In this document: positions 8,817-19,900 of the stretch, one piece after another
Numbering within the stretch: the first letter of the stretch is position 1
How the letters are laid out: every line of letters starts with the position of its first letter
Assembly: GCA_016217555.1 (NCBI GenBank)
Contig: JACRHW010000023.1
Coordinates: 466-64,465, forward strand
Origin: Parcubacteria group bacterium
Lineage (GTDB): Bacteria > Patescibacteriota > Minisyncoccia > UBA6257 > JACRHW01
Length of the DNA: 64,000 nucleotides
Direction of reading: 5' to 3'
Notes under the pieces: model-generated
Databases searched by the model: none
What the model was told of the DNA's origin: nothing
The model's input: the letters and a program-made list of their open reading frames with translations, nothing else
Made by a program: the position numbers and the translations under genes

Positions 8817-9919
8817 ACACAAACAAAAAATTATTGTTAATCTTATTTCTGGCGAGCATGGCTCCGTATGGCGTCCATGGCGCCTATCGTTTTTCCGATT
8901 TTAAAGCAAAGTCACCTATTCATGTTTACAAATCAGCTCAAACCTCACCCTCTGGAATTACCCCCGACCAAATTAAGACACTATACCATCTTCCTAAAAC
9001 AGGCGAAGAAGGGACGATTGCGATTATTGCTGCATACGATGACCCAACGATAGAAAAAGATCTCAATATATTTAATAAAGCATTCAATCTCCCCTCCTGC
9101 ACCACTCAGAACAACTGCTTCGAAAAACATAAAATGACCAAATCTATAAAAACTGATGGCGGTTGGTCACTTGAAACCTCTCTCGATGTTGAGTGGGCCC
9201 ACGCCATTGCGCCAAAGGCGAGAATCTTGCTCGTAGAGGCAACAACACCAAGCGGAAAAAATCTTCTTGATGCCATCGACTATGCACGAGCACGACCAGA
9301 TATTGTCGCCGTCTCGATGAGTTGGGGTGGATCAGAATTTAAGGACGAAACCGATCTCGATTCGCATTTTACAAGCCTACATCGCATAGCATTTTTTGCC
9401 TCATCGGGTGACAACGGCTGGGGTGCAAGTTGGCCTGCATCATCACCAAATGTGATAGGAGTGGGTGGCACCAGTTTAAAACTCAATACAGATGGTTCAC
9501 TAGCATCAGAAACCGCATGGAGCGGGAGTGGTGGTGGGGTAAGCAAATACGAAAACCAACCAAGTTATCAGAAAGACTACACAATTCCAAAATCAAAAGG
9601 TAAGCGCGCCATCCCCGACGTCTCCTATAACGCCGATCCGAAATCAGGATTTCCTGTTTATAAAAGTTCAACATCTAAAGGGAACTGGTATGTAGTTGGT
9701 GGTACCAGCGCAGGAGCACCACAGTGGGCAGCCATTCAATCATTAGGTCTTTCAGCCTCACTTGAAAATTTCTACAAAGACAAGGCATCAGATAATTATG
9801 CTTCGTTCTTTAGAGATATCGTAAGCGGTAAAAACGGCTCCTGTACCTACTACTGTGAAGCACGAAAACACTACGACTACGTAACCGGCCTCGGAAGCCC
9901 ACAAACTGTACATTTCTAA
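8813..9919 (+). CDS. S53 family (sedolisin) serine peptidase, secreted
   Basis: Signal peptide; ETSLDVE, SSGDNG, GGTSAGAP, YDYVTGLGSP. Confidence 0.92.
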   Translation: MNTNKKLLLILFLASMAPYGVHGAYRFSDFKAKSPIHVYKSAQTSPSGITPDQIKTLYHLPKTGEEGTIAIIAAYDDPTIEKDLNIFNKAFNLPSCTTQNNCFEKHKMTKSIKTDGGWSLETSLDVEWAHAIAPKARILLVEATTPSGKNLLDAIDYARARPDIVAVSMSWGGSEFKDETDLDSHFTSLHRIAFFASSGDNGWGASWPASSPNVIGVGGTSLKLNTDGSLASETAWSGSGGGVSKYENQPSYQKDYTIPKSKGKRAIPDVSYNADPKSGFPVYKSSTSKGNWYVVGGTSAGAPQWAAIQSLGLSASLENFYKDKASDNYASFFRDIVSGKNGSCTYYCEARKHYDYVTGLGSPQTVHF

Positions 9920-9985
9920 ATATTTCTTTTTCTCTGTTTTGTGTTACAACGAAGTTAGTACCTAAACAAAAAATAGGAGGCTCAC

Positions 9986-10591
9986 ATGCTATCAGCATGC
10001 TACATTCTCGAAGAGCATTATTATACGGTTGAAGAAATGATTGCCATGATCGACGAACCAAACCGTTCTATGTGCACCCATATTCTTACTGAAAATCGAA
10101 AACTTTTTCAAACTGTTCAAGGCTCAACAAATAATCATCAGGCGTGGTCCGGAGGCTACTTCGACCACGTTCAAGAAATTATGAATATCGCCATCATTCT
10201 TTATGAACGTCTTAACATTGCTCGCCCCCTCCCCTTCTCTCTTTCTGACGCACTCCTCGTAGTATTTCTTCATGACATCGAAAAACCATGGAAATACGAG
10301 TTAAGCTCCGATGGACAACTCCAAGAAAAAAAAGAGTTAAAAACAAAAGCAGCCCAGCATGAATTCCGCGCAAGAAAACTTGAGGAGTATGGCATTGTTC
10401 TTACAGAAGACCAAAAGAATGGCATGAAATATGTCGAAGGAGAATTTAATGACTACAGCAACCGACGACGCATGATGAACCCCCTCGCAGCACTCTGTCA
10501 CCTCGCAGATGTCACAAGCGCCCGCATCTGGTTTGACCACCCCAGGCAAGAAAAAGATCCCTGGCTTGGCGCACAACGCATTCGAAAATAA
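9986..10591 (+). CDS. HD-domain phosphohydrolase-like protein
   Basis: HQAWSGGYFDH...FLHDIEK...HLAD; AGGAGG SD. Confidence 0.8.
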   Translation: MLSACYILEEHYYTVEEMIAMIDEPNRSMCTHILTENRKLFQTVQGSTNNHQAWSGGYFDHVQEIMNIAIILYERLNIARPLPFSLSDALLVVFLHDIEKPWKYELSSDGQLQEKKELKTKAAQHEFRARKLEEYGIVLTEDQKNGMKYVEGEFNDYSNRRRMMNPLAALCHLADVTSARIWFDHPRQEKDPWLGAQRIRK

Positions 10592-10598
10592 TAAATAG

Positions 10599-10630
10599 AA
10601 AAATCGCCCCATTAAGGCGATTTATTTTTT
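10599..10630. terminator. Bidirectional terminator between convergent genes
   Basis: AAAAATCGCC-CCATTAA-GGCGATTTATTTTTT. Confidence 0.65.
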
Positions 10631-11378
10631 ACTTCCTAAAAAGTGCAAATGCTTTTTTGACATAGGCTACTGCGGCAACAATATCGAGATGATCATCCTT
10701 ATCTCGTAGTCTTCCCTCAGCATCAATGCAAAGATCAGGAAATTCATCAACAAGCGGGGCAACAAGATGAAGGGTGTCAGCACTCAAACCACCCGCCACA
10801 CCAAGCCCTATATCAAGCCCCTTCTTCTCAAGTGCCTGCAAATATTGTCTGAGAACTTCTGTATCAAGTGGTTTCCCCAAACCACCGCTTGGGTCAAGAA
10901 GAACACAATCGATATAGTCAGCATATTCTTGTGCAATCTTGTCAGCCAGCTTTCTTGGTGAATCCTTAACGCACGCAAACGCATGACTACCTACCTGAAG
11001 GACAATAGTTGGCCCACTCCTCATCATATAAAACTTGCGAAGTACTCTTGGGTCCGGCCACCCCATATTAAGCTGAAAGCCGTGACAGTGCGGCCCAGCC
11101 AAACTACGTGCCTTAATCATCTGCTCAAAAAGCAAATCAGGATCCTTTGTGTTAAAATGAATGAGATTCAAAACGCGCGGATCATCCTCTAGAATACTTC
11201 CCATAGTTTCTGGTGTTGGGTATCGATTCGGCCACTTATTAGAAACACCTTCAATTGTTTTTGAACTCGCAAGTACCCCCACCATAAGCTTCCGCCTTGA
11301 ACCCTGCGGGACAACATCTAATAGAGAGACGACATGGGTGTTATTCATAACACCGGTCACCCCAACATACGACTCCAT
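10629..11378 (-). CDS. TIM-barrel protein, phosphoribosylanthranilate isomerase (TrpF)-like
   Basis: LLDPSGGLG, GVAGGLS, IDAEGRL resemble the TrpF C-terminal half; GGAGGT SD before ATG 11378. Confidence 0.65.
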   Translation of the reverse strand: MESYVGVTGVMNNTHVVSLLDVVPQGSRRKLMVGVLASSKTIEGVSNKWPNRYPTPETMGSILEDDPRVLNLIHFNTKDPDLLFEQMIKARSLAGPHCHGFQLNMGWPDPRVLRKFYMMRSGPTIVLQVGSHAFACVKDSPRKLADKIAQEYADYIDCVLLDPSGGLGKPLDTEVLRQYLQALEKKGLDIGLGVAGGLSADTLHLVAPLVDEFPDLCIDAEGRLRDKDDHLDIVAAVAYVKKAFALFRK

Positions 11379-11448
11379 GCAACCCACCTCCATTTCAATT
11401 TTTCAAGGACCTGCTCTATATAAACCTATTTTTTATACTATGTCGAGC

Positions 11449-13077
11449 CTAAACAAAAAACGATAGTAACTCTTTTTTAAAGACATGGCACAAAAGAATT
11501 ACGCCGCCCAAAAGCCAAAAAGAAGTGAAGATCAAAGAAAATCGTGTCCATGGTGAGATAGGTGACATTATATGTAAATCCCCCGCAGCATAAGAAGTGG
11601 CTCCAAAAGATGTTGTCGCAATCTCCTTACCCGCTGGAGTTACGAGAACAGACCTTGCGTAGGAAGCCGCGAGCATGAGGGGCCTCCAATTTTCTACCGC
11701 ACGATACTCTACCACACGTACCTGCCAATCTGCATAGTAACTCCTCGACATAGTAAAGTCACTTGCCATATCGGCAATAAGTACTGCCCCGCGCCCCACA
11801 TCTCTTGCCACCAAAAAGGAATTAAACCCTTCATTGCAAAAGATCACAGAAATTTTTCCGAAAAATCCAGACAAGGGCGAGTTATTCTCCCCGACCCCTT
11901 CAGGGAAAGATTTTTGTACTTCCGGAGACCACATATCTTTCAATGGAAGAAATTCACCAAATGGAAATAGATTACGTTTGTAAGTCGTTCTGGGCACACC
12001 ACCACCTGTCACCAGACTTGCTCCGTTATGCCACGCATTCGACACTGTTGCATCCATAAACCCAAAAAGTGCCATATACCCAGGAGACAGAATATTTGAG
12101 ACTTTAAGGTTAAGGGTATCGAGTGAAGGATAATGCGCAAAAAATGAAGAAAGGGCCGAAGGACTACTCGGATATACAGAATATGTCGTCTCTGGAAGCA
12201 AAATAAATTTCTGGGTGGATACCCCCCCCAGATTCCTTTCTTGCACCAAACGCAGCAAGCGATCATACGCGTTCAATGTCCCTAGACTATACTTATCACC
12301 ATCACCCACCTGAACAACAATCCCATTTATACTTGCACCTTTTATGTATATTGAATTCACCCAACTCCGAATCCCCCAACCAATCGTCCCCCACACCACA
12401 AGAACAAGACACACCACGATCATCCGAAAAAAATATGTATTCTTAAACAAAATCCTTTTCTCCAAAACAAAAATCCAGTTAATCATCAAAACACCAAAAG
12501 AGACAATCCAAACACCCCCAACACCCGCCAACTGTCCAAAAATACTTGAAGCAGGAAGAAAATACCCCAAAGAAACCCCCATATCAAAATTCAGATAAAA
12601 AAGAATAAGCTCAATAAAAATCCAGAATGAAGACAGTATTGTAACGATCAAAAAGGTTGACATTCGTGACGCAAAAATCAATCTCTTTGAAACAAGCGAA
12701 TATAATCCCCATGCCAATCCATGTAATAATCCCATAAAGACAAGTATGGCAATCACCACCCCCCAAACGATGTAAGGAGAAATTCCGAGCCACGGATATG
12801 GAGCGGAGATAAGATACACATGAAAGAAAAACACGTAATACAAAAACCCAAAAAGAATACCACCCCAAAAGATATTCTTTTCTGAAAAACCTCTAGTAGA
12901 CAAGATTTTAAACCATGGGAAAAAAGCAATAAATACTAGCGGCCAGATATTTAATGGAGGAAAAGCGACAACAAGAAAAGCGAAAGACAAAAGTACAGCA
13001 AAAATAACCCGAACCAACGGGAAGGAAATAAGCTTTTGAAAAGAAATGGTAATCCTCTTAATAATCACACCTTGCAA
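11449..13077 (-). CDS. lnt: Apolipoprotein N-acyltransferase (Lnt)-like protein
   Basis: N-terminal TM domain (AFPP..WPL) plus nitrilase-fold triad E (LPET), K (YKRNLFPFGEF), C (FCNE); RAVEN motif. Confidence 0.88.
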   Translation of the reverse strand: MQGVIIKRITISFQKLISFPLVRVIFAVLLSFAFLVVAFPPLNIWPLVFIAFFPWFKILSTRGFSEKNIFWGGILFGFLYYVFFFHVYLISAPYPWLGISPYIVWGVVIAILVFMGLLHGLAWGLYSLVSKRLIFASRMSTFLIVTILSSFWIFIELILFYLNFDMGVSLGYFLPASSIFGQLAGVGGVWIVSFGVLMINWIFVLEKRILFKNTYFFRMIVVCLVLVVWGTIGWGIRSWVNSIYIKGASINGIVVQVGDGDKYSLGTLNAYDRLLRLVQERNLGGVSTQKFILLPETTYSVYPSSPSALSSFFAHYPSLDTLNLKVSNILSPGYMALFGFMDATVSNAWHNGASLVTGGGVPRTTYKRNLFPFGEFLPLKDMWSPEVQKSFPEGVGENNSPLSGFFGKISVIFCNEGFNSFLVARDVGRGAVLIADMASDFTMSRSYYADWQVRVVEYRAVENWRPLMLAASYARSVLVTPAGKEIATTSFGATSYAAGDLHIMSPISPWTRFSLIFTSFWLLGGVILLCHVFKKELLSFFV

Positions 13078-13137
13078 TCTTCAACTCATGATATAATAAA
13101 ATAAGAAAATGTTCACTTTATTAAAATAACAAAAAAC

Positions 13138-16100
13138 ATGCGCATCATCGTTAAGTTTTTTTCAGTATTCACCATAAGCGTCACACTATTGACACCAAGT
13201 CTTCTTTTTGCACAAAGCCCAATATCCCAAACCCCAATCCCACTGATAGGGGGTTCTTATGCTCCACCCGCACAAGTCGATGTTGTAAACGTAGTATTAG
13301 AAAAACAACAATACAACGACGGTGATACGATTCGAGGATCATTCGCCCTAAGAAATGAGCGCGCAGAAAGCGTACCTGCTATTTATTACAAAATCATCTT
13401 GGGTGGTGATTTCGATGCACAAGGAAACGCAGGAACAATATACGATGTAAAAACATTCACTCCTTATTTTCTACGCCCCGGAGAATTTAAAACAATACAA
13501 TTTGAATATACACCCCCTATTGGCGTTACAGGAAAACATTTAGGAATAATCATAAATGCATTCCTCGAGCAAGGAACACCAGTGAGTTGGTCATTCCCTA
13601 TTTTTTTAAATGTAGCGGGTGACTTTTCTTATATTAATGCCTCGGATACAAAAATAGTCGTTAATAAAAAGGAATTTTCTACAGAAGAAGGTCCTGCACT
13701 TTATAAAAACCAAGTGGTAGAATACCATGTGACGCTTCAAAATCCCTCCTCAAAACAAATCACAATAACGCCTAAGATTGATATTTACAAACGAGTCGCA
13801 TTACCCCCCACTCTAAAAAGCTATAACGAAAAACAAATAACCCTCGCCCCAAAAGAAAAAAAACAAATAGTTTTTGAACTCCCCGATTTCGATTATAAAG
13901 CAGGCGTCTATGCGGGTACTATCTTGCTCATAAATAAAGAAGGAAAACAACAGGGACCACTATTAACATTCAGATATCTTGTATTAGGTGACACGCTTAC
14001 TATTGAGAATGTTACTCCCTCACACACCAGTGTAACAAAAGGTGCCTCATTCTCTATAAGGGTAGACTACAGCACGCCGTTAATTGATTTTGCTACAAGC
14101 CAAACGGTAGATCTGGGAACACCAATCCTTGAAATACAAGCATATAACGAAAGAGATTCTTTGGTCGCAGAAGGAAAAAGCACAATAAATCCAACCAAAA
14201 TAGAACGAAACAAAATATTCCAACTCAAAGCATCTGATGACGCCAAAGCCCTACGAATCGAAGCCAAAATTCTAAAAGACGACGTCATTATTGCCAAATA
14301 TTCAACCAACCTCTCCTCGGATTATGCAATCCAAAAAGAACGTAAAGATCTCTCCTACCAAGGGACTCTTCGTGCGTGGGTTTATGGAGTTATCGTCATA
14401 CTACTTCTTCTTGCTGCTACTGGCCTTTTTCTCCTCAAAAGAAAAAAGGGGGGCACACTACTTGTCGTTGGAGCAATCTTTCTTGCCATTTTTTCATCTC
14501 ATGAGACAAAAGCACAACTTGGAAAACAAACGCAACTTGGATACCAAACACAAACACAAGAACAACAATGTACTTCGCAAGGAGGAGTTTGGGTGCTTAA
14601 CACATCCAATACAGGAGGATCCTGTACACTTCCACAATCACTTTCGCTTGATTCAGTCGCTGCATCGCCTAACCCAACATCGTGGAGTAGCCAGGTTACC
14701 ACCCTGGGGTGGTCAGGAAAAGATGAAGTAAAAATAATAACAGAGACAAAAGACGTGTGCGTTCCAGGAAAGGCGTGTGTACCACAAACGACACAAAGCG
14801 CCAAAACGTTTCCTACGACCTGCACCTTATCTGGAGATAAATATTCTAATTACAATATCACTTCTTACCAAAATGATAGTGTAAATATGTTTAGTGCGGG
14901 ACCTGTTTTTTTAGGGGGAGATAAATCGTTTATATTAGGAGGTGGCACCAGCGGACCAGGATTCTCCACAGCAGTTCCAGACGAAGGAGCTACTTTTACC
15001 ATTACCTGTAGCAACTCAAATGGATCACATGCTTCACAAGTAATTGGTGTGGGGGTGGGGGGAACTTTCACTTACACAACAGCACCAAGCATTAACGTAA
15101 CTCCATACTTCAACCCCACCGCAGCAGTACAGACAACTCTTGCCCTAACCGCAAGCCCAACACAAGGACTGGTGAAACCTAGAGATACTATTTATCTTGG
15201 TGTAAATACTACCGGATCTGGATGCACAAACACATTTTCAACAGCAGTCTATACCATAACTCCAACATGGCCAGGAGCATCAACACAGTCAGGAAGTAAT
15301 GGTGTTGGGGGACATCAAATTCTTAATTATAATCTTCCTTATACTTTTGCGGTTACAATACCAGAAAATACACCATCTGGAATTTATCGTATTTACCTTT
15401 CTACAAATTATTTTCTTGGTGGATATTGGGAAATTAAAGTTAAGGCTCCAAACCCAACCATCGGATCATTCTCTGCAAATCCAACCACAATAGCGAAGGG
15501 CGGGACCTCTTACCTTTCGTGGTCATCGAATAATGCAACCTATTGCACACTTTCTAGTGTCGGAAACGTCCTCAAAAACTCAAGCTCATACCCTGTTTCT
15601 CCGACGCAAGATACAACGTATACACTTACTTGCTACAATGCCTCAAACGTCCCATCGCCAACATCACAACTCACAGTAAACGTCTTATCAATTGGTTCGT
15701 TTAGTGGGGCAGCATCGATAATACCCAAAGGAGGAAGTACCACACTTACGTGGTCATCAAACCACACAGATTCCTGCTCACTCTTTGCAAATGGAACTCT
15801 GTTTGCAAGTGGACTGAGTGGAAATACTTCTTATACTGTTTCTCCTTTAGTGGATACAACCTATACACTCACCTGCTATGGAGGAGGCACTCAAATTTCT
15901 GCAGGAAATTCAGTACCCATAAAAATTTTAGCAATTGATACATTCACGGGCCCCGCAAACACAACAATACTTACTGGAGATACAGTAAACCTTTATTGGA
16001 CAACAAGGAATGCAGCATCCTGCTCATTATCAAGCGTTGGTAATGTACCTACAACAGCAAATCCATTTACCGTCTCCCCCACCCAAGACTCGACGACCTA

Positions 16101-16824
16101 CACTCTTACCTGTTCTAGTGGCGGTGTTTCGTATACATTCCCCACACCGATCGTCATTAAAATCCTCTCTATCCCAGTCTTCACTATCTACCCCACTACA
16201 ATCTACAGAAGTAATCCTACTACAGCCACTCTTACTTGGATTACCAAAAATGCATCAACATGTAACGCCTCATCGGATCCAAATGTATCTGATTGGTCGG
16301 GATTAAAAACGGTAGGCAACGATGCTTCGGGACAAGGTTCTCAAAAACAACAAACGATAACGCTCCCGAGTCCACCCAAAGGATCTGCACCAAGAAAATA
16401 CACTCTCACATGTACAGGTCCAGGAGGAGCGCCAAGTCTCCCGAAATCCATAGAGGCACCAAAAGATTTCATTTTCCATACCCTACTCACCAAAATAACG
16501 TGTTCAAAAGACAACACAACCTTTGGAGACTGTTCTGGAATAAAGCTTGTTGCAGGAAGCTCAATATATCTTAAGGACGAATCTGATCCAACACCAGGCT
16601 CAACAATTTCAAGTCGTCTATGGACATTTAGTAACGGGAAACCATCAACATGTCCTTCATCTCATGCAGGATGTACTAATCTACAAATCCCAAAAGTATC
16701 CTTCCTTACCGAAGGGACACAAACGGCAACGCTTGTCGTAACCGATTCTGCGGGAGAGACAGAAACGATCTCGAAGACATTCAAAATCTCAAAACCATCA
16801 TTCCAAGAAACAGCGCCACAGTAG
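13138..16824 (+). CDS. Large surface protein A: signal peptide, Ig-like N-module, TM hairpin, four Cys-bridged Ig-like repeats, PKD-like C-terminus
   Basis: 1228-aa ORF; repeats LxWxSxN...C...SP..DTTYTLTC; paralog of the downstream gene. Confidence 0.88.
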   Translation: MRIIVKFFSVFTISVTLLTPSLLFAQSPISQTPIPLIGGSYAPPAQVDVVNVVLEKQQYNDGDTIRGSFALRNERAESVPAIYYKIILGGDFDAQGNAGTIYDVKTFTPYFLRPGEFKTIQFEYTPPIGVTGKHLGIIINAFLEQGTPVSWSFPIFLNVAGDFSYINASDTKIVVNKKEFSTEEGPALYKNQVVEYHVTLQNPSSKQITITPKIDIYKRVALPPTLKSYNEKQITLAPKEKKQIVFELPDFDYKAGVYAGTILLINKEGKQQGPLLTFRYLVLGDTLTIENVTPSHTSVTKGASFSIRVDYSTPLIDFATSQTVDLGTPILEIQAYNERDSLVAEGKSTINPTKIERNKIFQLKASDDAKALRIEAKILKDDVIIAKYSTNLSSDYAIQKERKDLSYQGTLRAWVYGVIVILLLLAATGLFLLKRKKGGTLLVVGAIFLAIFSSHETKAQLGKQTQLGYQTQTQEQQCTSQGGVWVLNTSNTGGSCTLPQSLSLDSVAASPNPTSWSSQVTTLGWSGKDEVKIITETKDVCVPGKACVPQTTQSAKTFPTTCTLSGDKYSNYNITSYQNDSVNMFSAGPVFLGGDKSFILGGGTSGPGFSTAVPDEGATFTITCSNSNGSHASQVIGVGVGGTFTYTTAPSINVTPYFNPTAAVQTTLALTASPTQGLVKPRDTIYLGVNTTGSGCTNTFSTAVYTITPTWPGASTQSGSNGVGGHQILNYNLPYTFAVTIPENTPSGIYRIYLSTNYFLGGYWEIKVKAPNPTIGSFSANPTTIAKGGTSYLSWSSNNATYCTLSSVGNVLKNSSSYPVSPTQDTTYTLTCYNASNVPSPTSQLTVNVLSIGSFSGAASIIPKGGSTTLTWSSNHTDSCSLFANGTLFASGLSGNTSYTVSPLVDTTYTLTCYGGGTQISAGNSVPIKILAIDTFTGPANTTILTGDTVNLYWTTRNAASCSLSSVGNVPTTANPFTVSPTQDSTTYTLTCSSGGVSYTFPTPIVIKILSIPVFTIYPTTIYRSNPTTATLTWITKNASTCNASSDPNVSDWSGLKTVGNDASGQGSQKQQTITLPSPPKGSAPRKYTLTCTGPGGAPSLPKSIEAPKDFIFHTLLTKITCSKDNTTFGDCSGIKLVAGSSIYLKDESDPTPGSTISSRLWTFSNGKPSTCPSSHAGCTNLQIPKVSFLTEGTQTATLVVTDSAGETETISKTFKISKPSFQETAPQ

Positions 16825-16842
16825 AAAACTCAACGACCTGAA

Positions 16843-16870
16843 ACAAAGCCACGCAATTGCGTGGCTTTGT
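16843..16870 (+). terminator. Terminator-like hairpin after surface protein A
   Basis: ACAAAGCCACGC-AATT-GCGTGGCTTTGT. Confidence 0.7.
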
Positions 16871-16978
16871 AGTTATATATGATCACACGATGCAAAAATC
16901 GAAGCTTTACACAAGACGAACACATCTATGCATGGTAAAATAAAGGTGTAAATCTAAAAAAAATAAAACACAAAAAAC

Positions 16979-19900
16979 ATGCGTATTTTAAAATTCTTTT
17001 CGGTCGGAACAATCCTTTTATCATTACTATCCCCTCTCTCGATCTTTGCACAGACACCTACTCCAACACCACCAGCGCAAAAATCTTTTGCACCACCTGT
17101 TCAAGTATATGTTATTGAGGAAACTCTGAACAATGCAGAGTTTAGGGGTGGAGACACAATAAAAGGATCTTTTAAGTTTGTGAACAGAGGAGATGAAAAT
17201 ATTCCTGAAGTATATTACCACTTATCCCTTATGGGCGATTATGACAAAAATGATGCCCCTGGAGTTATTTATGATCAAAAAACATATGGTCCATTTTTCT
17301 TGCATACTCAAGAGACAAAACCTATAGATTTCGAATATACACTACCGAAGGGAATAAGCGGAGATCACATAGGCATACATATTAGTACATTTTTAAAAAC
17401 TGGGTTATTCCTTGGATGGTCACAATCCTTCATAAAAATACAAGGAGAAACACACCGCATAGATTTCTCCAAAGTAAGCTTGGCGGTAGATAAAAACGAG
17501 TTTGATCCAGAAACAGGACCAGCTGTCTATAAAGGAAAACAAATCACCTACAACGTTACCCTGTTTAATCCCTCCACCGATACAATTACATTTACCCCCA
17601 CAAATCACTATATATAAAAGGAATCCTATTCCTCCTGCTATCACAACATACAATGAAAAAGAGATAACCCTCAAATCAAAAGAAAGCAAAGAAGTACGTT
17701 TTCTCTTGCCAACATTCGATTATCAACCATCTGTATATGTCGGCAATATTACCTTTATTACCCAAGACAAAACACCAGCAGGACTCTTCTTAACATTCAG
17801 ATATATAATAATGGGAAAAGTGGTCGGAATAGATTCCATCATATCTGAAAAAACATCTATAGAAAAAGGGCAAACGCTTACTGTTAAAGTAAATTACAGT
17901 GGCGCTCCTGCTGACAATATCACCTTCGAAAATACAAAAATAGGAATTGTCACACTGCGCGTAAAAGTAATAAACGAAACAGGTACGACGATAGGACAGG
18001 GGGAAGAAACTATCGATGCTGATGACCAATCGATGACAACAAAAAACGTCCACATTCTCGCACGAGAAAGTGGGAAAAAAATAAGTGTTGAAGCTCAAAT
18101 CATAAAAGACGGTAGTATCTTGGGGGAATATTCTTCAACACTATCTCCGCCCGAAGAAACAAACAAACTCACCTTATTCCCACTTTCAAAAAAGATCATC
18201 TATTCCTTTATTATTTTTCTCATATTCTTAATGGGCATAATGGTTTTGAAATCAAAAGGAAAAAAGGTAATTACAATTTTCTTGCTAGGACTCTCCCTCA
18301 CAACACCTGGACTAACTATACCAAATACATCACGTGCCGCATCGGGTACCTCCTATTTCCAATATACTTCTTCATCTCATACTTCAGTTCGAGATCTCAC
18401 TTTCGATCTTACTGGCGTAAATCCAATTCCCTACTATCTAAATCCAGGAGAGTCTTTCTATATATCAGGAACATATGTGGGTGGGTTCTGCGCTAATGGT
18501 CATTTGCAAGGAAGCACTTCGGTAAGTATCTCAGGAGGAGGAAGTTGGAGCTGGGGATGGAATATTCAAGGGTCTGGTGGTCATCATCATGGAGTTTTTT
18601 CTCAAGGGTTTGGCTATTGGGTTTCTGCACCAACACAGCCAGGTGTATATAATGTTAATTTCTCGACCAATGCACTTGGCCCATCAATAAACGGCTACTG
18701 GCAAATCCAAGTTATCCCCCCTCCTCCATCAATAAACTATTTTAATGGAGGCCCACTTGTAACCATTCCAGGAATTCCCGCATATCTGAATTGGTCATCA
18801 AATAACGCCTCCTCGTGCACGGTGTGGGGAAGTTCCAGTGGTCTCCCTCCAGTAAGATCTGGTTATCCCGTATATCCAAACCAAGACACCTCATACAGTC
18901 TCACGTGTTATAATTCGGCCGGTGTTTCAGCTAGCTATCCCTACCCCATAACCGTATCTATACTGCGTATTAATTCCTTTGGTGGCAGTCCGCCAATAAT
19001 TGCAAAAGGTGGTTCGGAAAATCTTTTCTGGTCTTCAAACCATGCATCAAACTGCGTTATCCCAGGTGTCGGAACATTCTATCCCGGTTCTTCAGCGACA
19101 GTATCCCCGATACAAGACACTACCTACACACTACAATGTTCTAATGGGGGTGTGTCTATTACCTATCCAACCCCTGTCACCGTCAAAGTTCTATCTATAG
19201 ATTCGTTCGGAACTTCTTCCCTCATCGCTTCTGGGGAATCTGCGACTCTTACATGGACTTCTCATAATGCAATCTCCTGCTCACTATCAGATGGATCCAA
19301 AACAATCGCAAGTGGTCTTCCTGGAAATGGCTCACATCCAATTTCCCCACAACAAGATACTTCGTACACCCTCACCTGCACAAATGGAAGCGTCTCATAT
19401 ACCTACCCCACACAAGTCACTATTAAGATTCTCGATATTCCTATTTTTACCATTGATCCAAAGGAAATCAATCGTGGTCAACAGGCAACGCTCACGTGGA
19501 TTACTAAAAATGCATCCACGTGTACCGCCTCGTCAAATCCGAACGATTCCACGTGGATATATACCAACCCGCCAAAAAATGATAATCAACAATCAAAAAA
19601 TGTTACACCACCAAATCTACCTCCAGGGTCAATACTTCGCAACTATTCTCTCACCTGTACAGGACCTAGTGGAATACCAAGTCTCACAAAATCAATACCG
19701 GCTCCAGGGCTTAAGGTTCACACCCTTCTTCCTGAATTTCAATGTTCAATGACAGGACAACCAGGATCCTTCGGGGATTGTTCAACTATGAAGTTGGTTG
19801 CAGGAACTACAATATATTTCAAAGACACCTCCAGTCCAACCCCACAAGCAACTATTGCAAGTCGGGCATGGATATTTACGAATGCAAAACCAGCAGGATC

